A program made the position numbers and the translations under genes. Positions 1-12,799 of a stretch of DNA of 64,000 nucleotides are shown here, in pieces (positions within the stretch are counted from its first letter, which is position 1; every line of letters starts with the position of its first letter). Origin of the DNA: Haliotis rubra (taxonomy: Eukaryota). The notes under the pieces are model-generated. The model ran no database searches. It worked only from the letters and a program-made list of their open reading frames with translations, and was not told where the DNA came from. Where the stretch lies: NCBI RefSeq assembly GCF_003918875.1, contig NW_025767457.1, forward strand, positions 744,001 to 808,000, written 5' to 3'.

Positions 1-566
1 AGAAACATCACACAGACATGTTGTGTTATCGTTGTATTTTGTAGTTTATGAACCACTGGTAAAACTACAGAAGCTCGTCTGCCTGGAATGCCGAAGGATA
101 TATTATTCATTCTCGTATACAGCTATCTCCCCGCTTGAAACGTTTTTGAGAAACTGATTTTGTGTTATTGCTGCCATAAACAATTGTAATGTAATACGGG
201 GTAATGAAACCGGGTCAACGACATGACGGGCGAACACTTGGACCACCAGGCTACCCCAGGCACCTAATACTACAATGGAAGAAGACAATTTATGCATAGA
301 TTTAGTAGGCAACAGTCACGTTTTGACACACGTTTAAACCAAAATAAATTTTACATTGCTCACTCTCAAACACTGTTAAATATGATGGATAACCATCACA
401 TACTTCATGGGGCAGTATTGTTCTGTTCTCAAAGAATAACCACTGATTGGTCGAACAAGAAAAAATATGTTTTCCAGATGGCACAAATAGCGTTTCAGGT
501 GTCACCGTTTTATGTATAAGCACGTTTTCTGTTGTATTGATGCTACTGGTGTTTTTGGTTCTGTTA

Positions 567-567
<1 letters not shown>

Positions 568-598
<31 letters not shown>
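568..598. repeat. (TG)n microsatellite at the unit boundary; the equivalent site is (GCGT)n at 33826-33860
   Basis: Seen directly. Confidence 0.95.
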
Positions 599-600
<2 letters not shown>

Positions 601-2591
601 TTTGAGGCTTTGATATTAGGCTGTATTTAAAGGAGGCGTTGTGTCTCGTAAAAATACATCATGACATCACAATCGATTCCTGACTTCTTAAAGGTTAGCA
701 GCTCGAAAAGCAACTGCTCTTTTATGGAACTGCAACGATTTTAAGACCAGCCCGTACGAGAAGTCATTTGTACACAATATGTTTATTTCTCAGAAAATCG
801 ATATGATGAGGCATTTGTTTTGCTTTAGTAAAATATATGCCAGTGAAGGTGTTATAAGTAAAAAGTAAATGTCATCATGATCACGTCTAATATATCGTAG
901 CTAACACTGCAGTGTAAATGTTCAAAAACAACGTAATGCATATAGAGGATATATTTTATTTTCAGCTTTCTATATGTCGTACATCTGTGAATGTAATTTT
1001 CAACTTTCCATCAAAGAGACGATTCTTCCCGAAACGACAAAAAGTAAAATGGATTCCACATTGCTCATGTTTAGATGAATGCCATGGAGTTCATTTATCA
1101 CCGGTCTTCTCCGAAAGGCATCAGGGATCAGATCAGAAGGTGCCTAGGCATGCAGTTACTATGAAGGAAGATATAATTTGAGGATTTTCATTGATACACA
1201 ATGTTGTAATTGTACTAAAATGTTTCTGGTCTGATTCAGTAGAGGTGGTGACGGAGAGTCAAGAATAATTTGGAAGCTTTGTAGAACATTGAGATTAATC
1301 CAGCATATGATAGAACCGTCCAGAAAATATTAAGATTATATAACTGAGGAAGCACATGCATATCGTATCTCATATTACATCAAAACCGGCACAACGAGAC
1401 CAGCACCTTTCACTCACTCTGGATTGTCAATCAGGTTCTATGTTGGAAGCTTGAATGATGAAAATGATCACAGCTGCTTTTATATCATTTTGCCACTGTA
1501 TTTGTACAGCGATTGAAGTCCTTCGTAAGTCTGATGTTAGATGTATGCTGAGTTTCTATTGATTGTTTTTTCCTCAGTGGATCGTTGCTGTTATTTCCTA
1601 TCCAAAGCTGGATTGATAAAATGTTTTCAAATTGCTGTGGAAAGGTGTCGTTAACATCTCATGTGTTGATAGTCTTTGTAGAGTTAGACAGCAGAACCAA
1701 ACACGTCATCTATTTCCGTGTGAGACCAATACGATTCATGTTGATTCAAAGGTTGTAATTCGAATGTGACATGGTTATAATTATGTGGTGGTACCATCTA
1801 AACTACAGACTAAAATGTAGTCACGAATAGGTGAATGCCATGAAGTTCACTTACCACCGTTCTTCTCCGGAAGGCATCACGGATGAGGTATGCAGTTACG
1901 TTAACAGGAAATATAATTTGAGGGTTTTCATTGAAACACAATGTTGTCATTGTACTAAAATGTTTCTGATCAGATTCAGTAGGGGGTGGTGACCGAGAGT
2001 CAAGAACAATTTGGGAGCTTTCTGGAACATTGAGATTCAAGATTCTCAAGTTAGCAAGCACATGTATATCGCATCTCACATTACATTTAAGACATAAGAT
2101 GCATATCGTATCTCACGTCACATTTAAAAAACAGACTAAACATGTATTACACTTTGCGCAAAAGAAAGAATTAGGTGAAATATTTACCATTTTACTCGTC
2201 ATATGACAGACATATTCCGGCAAGAACAGTAACTAATGTAAACACGGATGGATATACTCTTCTCAATTCTTGACATTGGCAACAGCATGGCTTGTCTTAC
2301 CATTTACACACCACGGTATATTGTGAAGTAGCATTTGCGTGGCATTCATCTATATAAAACTGTTATACTGAACAAGAAAACACCATTCCCAAAATAACGT
2401 AGAATTAACATGATCAGGGCCCCTATTCTCGAAACGTTCGTAGGCCTAAGAACTTCTTAAAACCGTTCTTAGCGCTTACGAACTTTTACTATCCTATTCT
2501 CGAAACGTTCTTAGCCTTACGAATTCTTAAATTTAAGAAAAAAACTAAGACAGCTAGTAGGCTGTCGTAACTTGAGATACGCAAATTAAAG

Positions 2592-4172
2592 ATGGCTGCG
2601 TTGATTGTTTTTATGAATGAGGAATATTTAAAGTGTAACCGGGAGAGAGTTTACAGAAACAGGACGAGATATTTGGATTTGTTGGACGACCAAGAGTTAG
2701 TTGCGAGGTACAGGATGTCTCGCCGAGCGATAGAGCAACTATGTACTTTGATCAGGCCCCACCTGGAGAGACAGACGCAGCGTTCTGTGCCCCTTGATGC
2801 AGAGTTGCAGGTGCTTGTCACCCTTCGCTATCTGGGAAAGGGGGGGTTTCCAGTCTGAACTAGCTGACCTGCACGGGGTTTCCCAGCCGAGTGTGTCCCG
2901 GTCTATATCTTCCTGCCTTCACGGGTTTGTCGGAGCGTTGGACTTGATCAAATTCCCGATCGACGATCAAGCGCTTCGGCAAGTGAAGGCAGGATTTTAC
3001 AGGATAGCCGGGTTCCCTCGTGTTGTTGGAGCGATCGACGGGACACTCATCCCCATCACTCGACCGGCTGCCGACGAAGAAGCGTTTGTGTGCCGCAAAG
3101 GTTTCCACGCTTTGAACGTTCAAGCCATTTGCGATTCAACCTTGCCATACCAAATGCGATTCAACCTCTGAGGTACATCGTACCAATTTATAGGATGCTA
3201 CAAACGTTTGACCTTACACTAACCCAATGAAATTGAAAGGCCCAAAAGGTTGTATCTAAGGGTGGGGGGCACTACTCTTGTCAATAAGGTTTCTCTGAAA
3301 CAAAATGCATTCATCGTTATTTCAAAATGCACAAATTTATAATATCATCGATTTACGTGAAATGTAAATGGCATATGTCTTTGACCTTCACCTTAAATGC
3401 TAACCCTGCTGGGCGATGAAATTGAAATATGCAAATATTCAGTTTGATAAAATTAAGTAAAAAAATAAAATAAAGCTATTTGAAATAAATTGGAAACTGT
3501 TCCATATATGTTTTCCTAGCATGTCATAATTAATTGTCTCTGGAAAATATACTGTTATAGTGACTCAATTTTTTATAAAATAGATATGCATGCAGATCTT
3601 GGTTGTTGACGCCATATGTCAACCCAAGCCCAGGGGGTGAGGAGGCCTACAACAGAGCACACATAAGGACAAGAAACACAGTCGAGAGAGCTTTCGGCTT
3701 ACTTAAATCAAGGTTTCGGTATGTGAAGTAATTGACATTTAATTATTAATTGCATGTACTACTATACATGTATACTGTATGTAATGTTGAGAATAAAAAG
3801 TAATATTTTGAGTGTGCTACATATCTTTTTACTCCTTATATATTTATAAGCAATTAAGTAATGATCTAATGTAGAGAAAAGTATCAAAAATAGGGGTTTT
3901 TGTATGGTTTTGCCCCCACTTTATAATGAAGTTTGTGTTCTTTGTTTAGTTGCCTGCACAAAACAACTGGGTGTCTGCCATTCCAACCAGCCAAGGCGAA
4001 CAGAGTTGTGTATGCTGCCTGCCAACTGCACAACTTCTGCATAGATTTAAGGGAGCCAGTCCCCCCAGAGCTAGAGGAGGAGGGAGCAGACGAGGGGCCC
4101 AGGTACCAGGGACCCCAGGCACAGGATGGATATGCAGTCAGGCGGAAGCTAGTACAGGACATATTCACATGA
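2592..4172 (+). pseudogene. Harbinger (HARBI1-like, DDE_Tnp_4) transposase, disrupted
   Basis: Exons 2592-3172, 3584-3718, 3950-4172 (GT-AG). Motifs [65 protein letters not shown]. Defects: +1 frameshift in a G7 run (2840-2846), a ~25-bp duplicated insert at ~3143-3167, and no WPGSxHD/GDSG segment. Confidence 0.9.
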
Positions 4173-4316
4173 AGGTGTGTGTTAAAAAGTATTGCAATTA
4201 AGAGTATTACAAACAACAAATATGATATTGTGTGTCATCAACTGTTTAATTTGTGTTGTTTTCAATTCAACTTTTTTACATGTAAAATGGACTGAATCTA
4301 GTATCACAAAAAGGTT

Positions 4317-7300
4317 TCAAAAAGGTATGACAGGTGACAAAAACAAGTCAGATTCATTTGAAGTCTGCTGCCTCAGGCAATGGAGAATCTCCCTCTCCAC
4401 AGCTAGGCGCTCCTTCTCTACAGCCAGCCGCTCCTTTTCTGTGGCCAGGAGATCCCTCTGTACACAGAGCTTCTCCCTCTCCACCTCCAGAATGCTCAGT
4501 GACAGGTTCTCACTTGACCTTGCATCTGTTGAAATAAAGAAATGTCATCATATAATGACAATTATAAAATAATAGTCTGAAATCAAATAAGACATATTTA
4601 GACTGAATTATTCCTTAACAGTACCCAATAGTGGAATGTCATTTCGACAAAAACAAATTGATCATTGACTAACATAGGTTTATAAACTCTATAGTTAAAA
4701 ATAGATATCACAAGAGTTGTATTGACAATTGTATTGTCTAAGATACAGTGTCCAGACATTGATATCATATATCGTGTCACTCCACATGTAAAGTTCTTAC
4801 TCACTTGTGCTATACTTGACTCTTTTCTGCTCACAGGGCAAGACGATTTCAACTGAAAATGTAATTGTTCATCATTTACATTGGATATTAGGTTACATAT
4901 TTATATAAAATAAGATAAACATGTTACTATCACATTGACTTGGCTTGATGCTATGTGTACTTGCCAATGAGATATCTGAGGTAATTTTTCATGTGTTTCT
5001 TAAATCATCATTTTTTCACTTTTCATGTGTTTCTTAAATCATCATATTTTCACCCTGACCTCAATTATTTATCTTATCATTTACATCACACCATACATAG
5101 AGAAATTAATCAGAGGCACACAAGTTTATTACACATTGAGTAATAAAGAAATATAATGAACAAAATGTGATATTTTCAATGTGCGAGTAATTCAATTATT
5201 TCCTTATTGTTCTTCACATGTCTGTTTTCATTTACATATTGATTTGTCTTTTTCACAGTGACGATTACCTTCTGAGTTCGTGAGAGTGGGATCACATTGC
5301 TGAAACTCGGGTACTGCTGCTGATGTTGTCGCTGATGATGTTGGAACTGAATCCTGTGTGTCACTTTCCTCTGGATAGTTTGCCATGTCTGGTTGTGGCA
5401 CTATAAGGATATTTTATGAAGTATTTGAATTAAAAACATCTAATAGTAGTGAGAACACAAGCTATCCTTGTTGAGACATAATTTCTCTATTTGGAGAATT
5501 TCTCAGCACAGCTGAAATGACAAATATCTTCTATTCATTAACGTACCTTTTAATGATATGGTTTTGTTAGATTAGCAAAAGGGACTCATCGCTATTTACA
5601 TGATTTTGTACTGTACTGTACTGAACTGGTTCATTTTACTGGATTGCGAGTATATACTCACATTCACAGGCTTCACTTTCCAGCCCTCCTTCTATGCCCT
5701 GAACCTGACATGCAGGAATGATGGAGATGATCTGAAAATATAAAAAATTGAAATGATTGAGATGTGCATTTAAATGACACATTCTAATAAATACCTATAG
5801 CTATAGTTGTTTTGTAATTCCAATGATTTCCCATATTTCTGATTGACAGACAATATATTCAGTAACAAAATTATAAATATTTCATATTGGATTAAAATTG
5901 ATAAGAACAATTTATCATAGATAAAATAAATTCATAACATTGCAACTACTCATTACAGAAAAGATTGCTAGTGAATGATATTGATTAATGGTTAATATTC
6001 ATTTATAGGAGTGTGATAAATACTGACCTTATTTTCAAACTCAGTGAGATCAATAACAGTATCAGGCAGACCACCCCCTGTCTTACTCTGCTCCTTTTTC
6101 TGGTGTGCTGCCTTCTTCCTGGTGATACTCCTTTTAAGTAAAAATACAGCATTAGTTATTTTTCATTTTGATTGTGTTGGAATATGTTTGTTCAATTTTC
6201 CAAATTTAGTCTCCGTTGTAGAATTAAATAAGTATTGTTACATTTGTTTTTCTCTAGGTGATATCAATGTATGTGAATTCATTACTGCTGAATAATTGTA
6301 CATTAATTTATGATTATTATTGTCAAAATGCCTTAAATATTGTAATAATAATAACTTTCTTTCCTATTCATATTTATATCATCAATATTCTTAAAGAATT
6401 GTTGTACAAATCTGTGATATATATTTTTATCCAACTTACATCATATTTCCTACTAATAAATGTGGTGAAACTTATTCACAGTAGTCTTGTTTTATCTGTC
6501 ATAAATAAATAAATTCCTTTTTTAATTCATCCTTTGTGATTCACTACGATAAAGAGATCAATTATTTATCCATTAAGTACATCTAGATTGCTTGTGCAAT
6601 TTATGAATAGATGAAAAATATTCACTACATGAACTTAGAGCCAATGCAAAAAGATGCAGAGGTGGACAGTTTGTAAATGTGTTCATTCACTTTTTTTATG
6701 ATTTGTGACTTTTCACTGATGAAAACATACATGTTCATACAAATGTTAAAATGCTTACTTCAGGTCAGCCCATTTCTTTTTAGCCTGGGGAACATCCCTG
6801 ACAGTTTTCCCATTGGCATTTATTCTGTAAAGTAATATAATTGGATGAAACAAGGGGAAACACATAACAGGTTTATTTCAGGAATACAATGTATTTATCA
6901 TGAAATTTAAAAACAACCCACAAACAATGTCAAGGGGATATAAAAAAAATAACAGATACAAACAACACTTGATTATCTTCAAGAAATAGGCATAAATATA
7001 TCTATGCTATGAATTGGATGTAACTCAAAACCTTATATCACTAAATAAAAACACAATATTTAGTATTAAATTCATATGTAACGACAACGGATATCATTTT
7101 TGGATTTTACATTTGCACTAATTTTCTATAAATAAAATTATGTAAATGGTTGGTTGGCACTTACTTGGTCACGATGTCCGTCCATAATTTCTTCTTCTGT
7201 GAAGCCGACACCTGGGACGAAAAGTGTCCAAATAGAACGCCATAATTGGACTTTATTTCTTCTATCAGGATGTCCACCTCTGTGGCGGACCAGTTGGACG

Positions 7301-7343
7301 TGCGCTGCTTCCTTGAAGGAGTGCTGGGAATGCAAGACTCCAT
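4317..7343 (-). CDS. Myb/SANT-like DNA-binding protein of the Harbinger element, 7 exons, 268 aa, C-terminal coiled coil
   Basis: Exons 7343-7165, 6824-6759, 6130-6028, 5731-5662, 5400-5269, 4852-4805, 4525-4317. All GT-AG and phase-compatible, 807 nt, no internal stop. Translation includes RKQRTSNWSATEVDILIEEI...KKKLWTDIVTKINANGKTVRDVPQAKKKWADLK...SKTGGG...EKERLAVEKERLAVEREIL. Confidence 0.88.
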
Positions 7344-8264
7344 TATCCGGGATATCGTCTGCCTTGTTTGTAAACATGGGAATTCCCTCGTGCTTGTGAC
7401 GTCACGGGAAAACCCCCTACTCAATCTCCCTTTGAGACAAAAGAGTTCCTTTCGTAACTTACGAAAATTTACTAAAACGTGACTAGTCGTGTTGGGGCTA
7501 CGAACTCGATAAGAACGTTTCGAGAATAGGTCGTAAACATTTTCTTAAGAATTCTTATCTTTGTGCGTAAGCAGTTAAGAATTCTTAGGGCTACGACGTT
7601 TCGAGAATAAGGGGGGATCAATTAAAGTGTCGCCAGTTATTTAAAACAGCGAGAATCTATCTTCTCCATATATTGTTAAACTTACTTCTGCACAACAAAG
7701 CAATACTGCGTTGTGGCATTGGATACACATTTTTCATTCTTTCGAAAATAATGTCAGGGCCATTGTTAACGGCCCGACAGATCACCAGGCAATTATATCT
7801 TGCGCAACATCCATCGGACCTGCAGACAGTGTGGGTGCCTTTATGTTTATGTTTAATGTTTAATACTAATGTTGTTATAAAACACCTTTTCTCCCCATCT
7901 ATTGATTTTTTTATGCAGTAGCCATTCATCAAATCTAAATCTAATCCCGCTTTATGTAAAAGGTTACCTTCAGTTTCTAACTTCCCATGCGTTCCAGTAT
8001 CATACAGTGTACATACGATAGTTTCTTCCTCTCTCTTGTTGTCCTCAGAAATAAAGATAGATGCCTGAAGCTGACAGAAGTGTAGACGCCGAGGTGAACC
8101 ACAATGCATATTTTAGCAAACAACGAACATGATCAACATACCAGGAATAAATAAATGGCCTGTGATGCCAGGAATAATGCTTATTTGATCAACACTGGAG
8201 AATAAGATTAAGGGAAAATACAAATTTCATTGACAAAGAAGACGTCACGTTTTGACATGGAAAT

Positions 8265-8430
8265 CTATCTTGAACAAAGGTTGTTTAGTCAAAGGTACAA
8301 CATTCAAAGACTCAATCAAACTTTCAAAACGTTTTCTGAAAGACATTTGGGGTACATTTCTAAATGTGACGCCTCAGTGACCAAATTGATGAACAATGCC
8401 TTTCCTATCATTAACTTGTACCAAGTGTTC
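8265..8430 (+). mobile_element. Penelope-like element RT C-terminal fragment (copies at ~36180-36345 and a partial one at ~49260-49345)
   Basis: QRLFSQRYNIQRLNQTFKTFSERHLGYISKCDASVTKLM resembles the KLLxQGYxxxRLxxxxxKFYGRHxxLxxKY helix-rich tail of molluscan PLE RTs. Confidence 0.65.
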
Positions 8431-9097
8431 CTGGCGTTTTTTAAGGGAACTACCAATATTCCCCTTGAAGTTGTTTGTGATGGATGCTGATGGTGAACAA
8501 TATACTCATCATTTCATGAGCACCTTCTATTAGTAATATTCCATAGTGATTTAGAAAGCGTGCTTATGTTATACCATCGATTCTGGTCTTCTCTGGAGAT
8601 ATTCTTATGAATATAGAAAGTTTTGTTTTCTTTGCTCAGTGAAGTTGGAAATATGGTAATTTAACTTCAGTGTATATGCATACAGAATGCATATTATCGA
8701 AATCTAATTATTATTGAATTGCAACACTGACGAAAAACCACTGACGGTCCGTGTATAGTCATTTTCTACATGAGATTAAACATGTAACTGGCATTAACAC
8801 AAGATGACTATGGTCATGATGTTATAAATTCCACACACGTGTGGAAACAAGATTGATTATATTGCATTCATTTATCAATGTATGAGGATTTAAGTATGCT
8901 TTAACATGCAAGCAACATAAGAATATAAGATTGACAGATGCTGTTTCAAGTGATTTAAATAAAACTAAAAAAACAACAAACAAACAAACAAACGAACTGA
9001 AAACAAAATAAAACAAAACAAAGAAACAAACATGAAAAACAACCAAACAATCATCCCCACTTCCCAGAACAAATCAGAAACAACTTCCCTTATACAA

Positions 9098-9256
9098 CAT
9101 GGAGAGTTCTATGGGCGACGTTTCGGTGTAGCTTCTAACACCGTTATCAAGCAAGTCACTTGCGAAACGTCGCTTATATTATATTAAAGGAGTTGCATAT
9201 CCATAGAACTCTCCTTGTTGTTCATTACACCAATTTCTGAATGCAATTCAAAGAAG
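9098..9256 (-). mobile_element. Penelope-like LTR remnant, fold-back, with minimal hammerhead-ribozyme-like motif
   Basis: 13-bp direct repeat ttcccttatacaa (9085-9097 / 9257-9269). Inverted arms gagagttctatgg/ccatagaactctc and gcgacgtttcg/cgaaacgtcgc. Minus-strand core cttgataa-c-ggtgt(tagaagct)acacc-gaaacgtc. Absent in units C and D. Confidence 0.6.
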
Positions 9257-9949
9257 TTCCCTTATACAAAACATGAAAAGGTATGAAATGTTGGTTTCAT
9301 GTACACTGGCAACCTGTTCCTTGCATTTCAACAGTTAAAAGAAGATCGTTTTGATTCAACTGATGCCTGCAGGCAACATCATAACCTGTCGGATTATATC
9401 ATTGTGCATGAACACACATAAAGGTGATCAGTAGAGCTGTAATCTCAAGTTTATCCAAACAATCATTAAGTTATCAAATGATTGATGCAAGCAGTTAGTT
9501 TGCTTTGGACTTTCACACTTTAGTTGACTTGACTATTGTCTCGTGTAATTGGTGTTGGAGACGAGTGAACAATCCATTGTTACAGTTAACAGTTGTCCGT
9601 GTGACGAGAAGGGCGTTTGGATCTAAAATTCGGATATGGTTGTGAGTTGACAACACTTCATGTCTATATGAGCAGCATTTTCTAAATATATAAAATTGGG
9701 TCGGACGGTTGGTTCACAATATATTTTTTTTAAATTAAAAAATCTATATTTGTTCTTATCATCGTTTGCCAGTTTAGGAGTGGCTATGGGAAATCTGAGT
9801 GTGGAAAATAACAAAATGCCTGTCTTAAAAACTAATTTATGCTGTTTCTTTGGTTTTCAGGAAAACGAAATATATACGGCAAAATTATTTCTAGAACAAT
9901 ATCCAGACTTCATATCCATAAGATGCAAGCAAGTTTTATGATGTTTATT

Positions 9950-10340
9950 AGATTTTTTAATACATGATAGTATATTAATAAATGCTTTCTGGTAAAGTTA
10001 CACTTGTCCTCTCCTTGCAGTCTACATCCTAGCACTGATACAAGAAGGAAGGAAAGCAGTCGGTTCGTATCGATGGAAAAAGAAAAAATTACAGGGTAAG
10101 ACAAATTACAAGTTACTAGTCATCTGTTTACAATTAAAGATTTTCATGAATATATCGATTAAAAGTGTCCTATTTCAAATATAACAAGGCAGATAACATT
10201 GATCTGATTCATTTGCACGGATTCTGAAGGTCATTTCAAGTAGTTTGGTCTGGAATGCAATTCCTACGCACCTATAGCTTCACAAACGCAAATGTTTACA
10301 GACAAAGAATGCATCATGTTTTGAGATGAATTGTACATCA
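9950..10340 (-). pseudogene. IR-b: short, internally deleted IR-like remnant (unit A)
   Basis: Begins with the paralog-shared catctcaaaac(g)tgac block. The copies in units B and D end in an M4-like EVSNFVTQxQLIQxMxSAxxLCCSLL. Confidence 0.45.
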
Positions 10341-10599
10341 ATTTGGCACACATCACTCATGTATATCATCTCGAAATATAAGGTTTCCAACATATGCATG
10401 TAGTACATACCCATATGTGATACAAATGTGATTTTGTCTTATTAAAAATGGTATAAACATAAGGTTGTCTTGATGGGAAACAGGCAACAATGAAATACAT
10501 CTAAATACAATTTTGATATAATTACCAGAAATAATGTCATTACAGTGTAATGAACCATGTTAAAAACATAAAATAAGCAGGAAAGTAGGGATACCAGGG

Positions 10600-11760
10600 C
10601 ATATACTTGAAAAGGGCAAATCAAAACCAACCAAAAATCAATGAGATTACACCAAACAGGTAGTGCTTAATATAATTGTAAGTAAGGATTGTGATACGCC
10701 AGCTATATATAACCGAGGCACTTTCGTAGGTTCATTTTCAATACATAATAACTGAATATAAATAGACTTATTCCGAGTGATTGCACGCCAACAACGCATA
10801 CATATCTATCATGGTGCTTCTCATGAGGATTTCATAATGAAATGGATACAGCGTGGTACACACTACCTACTTCTGCTCTTCTCGAAGGAAAACTGCAATT
10901 TTCAATTCCACAAAAGCAACAAAGAATGAAAGGGTTTTTAGATTGAACGCGTCATGTACATTTAACACGAAACACAGTATGGTCTCATGTTTCATCAACC
11001 TCCCATCCAGATTCAACAGCGGGCATTTTCACTGTGTGCATATTATTCGTAGTCTCACTTTGTTTATCAATAGGTTGTTTCAATTCCTCATAACGATGTA
11101 GCGCTTGAAGTGCTGAACCCGTTACGGCGTCTTCATTTCCTGTGAATTTTCAATCTTTAGGCACGTCGCATGTATGTAACTATTAATCACTATCTACAGA
11201 GTGTGAATAGATATGAAGTTACGTCGCTTTCAGCAATATCACAGCGAGAGACACCAGAAAGTGGGGAAGTTGGGATTCGAACACGAACGCATTAACCATT
11301 GGCTACCCCGCAACCCAATAATTCACTATGTTGTGATAATATGTAATAGCAGTCAGGTGGTGGTCCTCAGATACTCGTTGATATACCGTACCTGAAGCTG
11401 TGGAAATCTAGACTTGCCACATTTTCTAGACTTGCGTGGTCTTTCTTGGATATATTTGCTTCAGGGTCTGTATGACAGACTACCGTAGCTTGTGCTGCCA
11501 TATTTCAAATGGCCCTGGTACAAGTCAGGATTTCCATGGTTGTCTATCGTGTTTGTCACCTTCGCTAATTGGGACATCAGCTCAGCAAAATGTCAATTAT
11601 TTCATTGACAGTGAAGACGTCACCTTTTGAGATGGAAATGTACGTTAATAATTTGTTTAAACTGTGTGCCATATGAAATATAATCCGCGGACGTGAGTGG
11701 AAAATAGAACATGATATCGGAGAAAGATAACGGCCATTTAGATACTAGCCATAAATGTAA
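10600..11760 (-). pseudogene. IR-c: decayed IR-like gene (unit A)
   Basis: FPSQKVT...DVPI (~11570-11640), AVESGWEVD...NVHDA (~10948-11025), CSFPS (~10885), M4-like SLGISLFIFSYYVL (10738-10780). Confidence 0.6.
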
Positions 11761-12799
11761 TCCTTCTTTGTTGTCTTCTCATACGTTATTTGAGCTTAGA
11801 ATTGTGTTTGAAATAGTATGTTTTGATTTATTAAATTTCTTTGATAAAGTCTTTGATAAAGTATAAGTTATAGGTCCCATAGTTATAAAATGTATAATTC
11901 TTGAAGCAATTACAGGTTTTCCCAGTAATAATGAGTCATGTGCCCAGATGATCTCTAGAAAAACTGTAAAAGTGTTTCAAACACCTTGCTAAATTTAGTA
12001 TACTTCTTCACATTGACATACGAAACACTACCTGTGCGTCGAAACCGTTAATATAACAATGCTTACTTTTGAAATAAATTGATGACATTGTTTAGTTTGA
12101 ACACCTAGAAAAGACTCATAGGTAGATTTTTTGTGGTAGGAAAAATATGACATTATATCAAAATATCGCCTGCGAACGTGTATGTGAAAGCAAGATCAAA
12201 CTATGTGAGCTGTGTTCTTTACTTTTTTCGGGTGAATCCTGGTTTACTGAGGACGTCCTTGGCAGTCCTTGTTGTAGACGGAATGGGAGTTTACATGCTG
12301 TTAAACGTAAGTGTTATTTTCGCTCCGATATGGAAGTCGTTTTGTGTTTCATGATAAAAAAGCTCAGTCATATGTATGTTAAACTATTAATCTCGTGAAA
12401 ATATAAATATCAGTAGCTGAGACACCTTTAAGCTATAGGTAGAAAAGTTTTAAAACGTATACTTATTGAAGCAATTACTTGTTTACCCGATAATAATAGT
12501 CGGGTGCCGAGAACACAAATAGTCATCCAGAGTAACTGTATAAATGAAAATATATAATATCAATAGTTGAGACAGCTTTATATTAGAATATAACCTACAC
12601 TTTAGATTAGACAGGCTTATAGTTTGATTTTAATATATATCTTCCTGTGAATTTATTGGTAATAAAGTAATGAAACTTACACTTATTGAAGCAATGACAA
12701 GGCACTTTTTATTGAATATCCCCTACATTCTAAATGGTATAATATATACCTTAACGCTGTAAAAGGTAGATTTGTGAACACTTCGCGAATAAATTTTGT

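Larger units (their letters stand above)
2417..7616 (+). mobile_element. PIF/Harbinger DNA transposon (transposase plus convergent Myb/SANT gene)
   Basis: Left TIR gggcccctattctcgaaacgttcgtaggcctaagaa at 2417 follows TCA. Right inverted copy ttcttagggctacgacgtttcgagaataagggg ends ~7614. Subterminal ctattctcgaaacgttc repeats occur at both ends. Two-gene convergent layout. Absent at the equivalent site in units B-D. Confidence 0.93.
1000..8260 (-). pseudogene. IR-a: decayed ionotropic-receptor-like gene (unit A), split by Harbinger
   Basis: FPCQNVT (~8250), IPGML (~8140), GPMDV pre-M1-like (~7812), TYEGLQSL (~1520), SFQIILDSPSPPLLNQTRNILVQL resembling the S2 end (1209-1280), NELHGIH..SILLFVV M4-like (~1040-1098). 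Many stops and frameshifts. Confidence 0.6.

Noticed and set aside
3406-3420. LLGD inside the transposase intron as the missing catalytic motif
   Set aside because: No open frame, splice sites or WPGSxHD context around it.
4192-4572. 126-aa plus-strand ORF
   Set aside because: Antisense shadow of the last (coiled-coil) exon of the Myb/SANT gene.
10940-10990. FRVxxHDA resembling the farnesoic acid O-methyltransferase domain
   Set aside because: The downstream YExxIGGWxN motif is absent.
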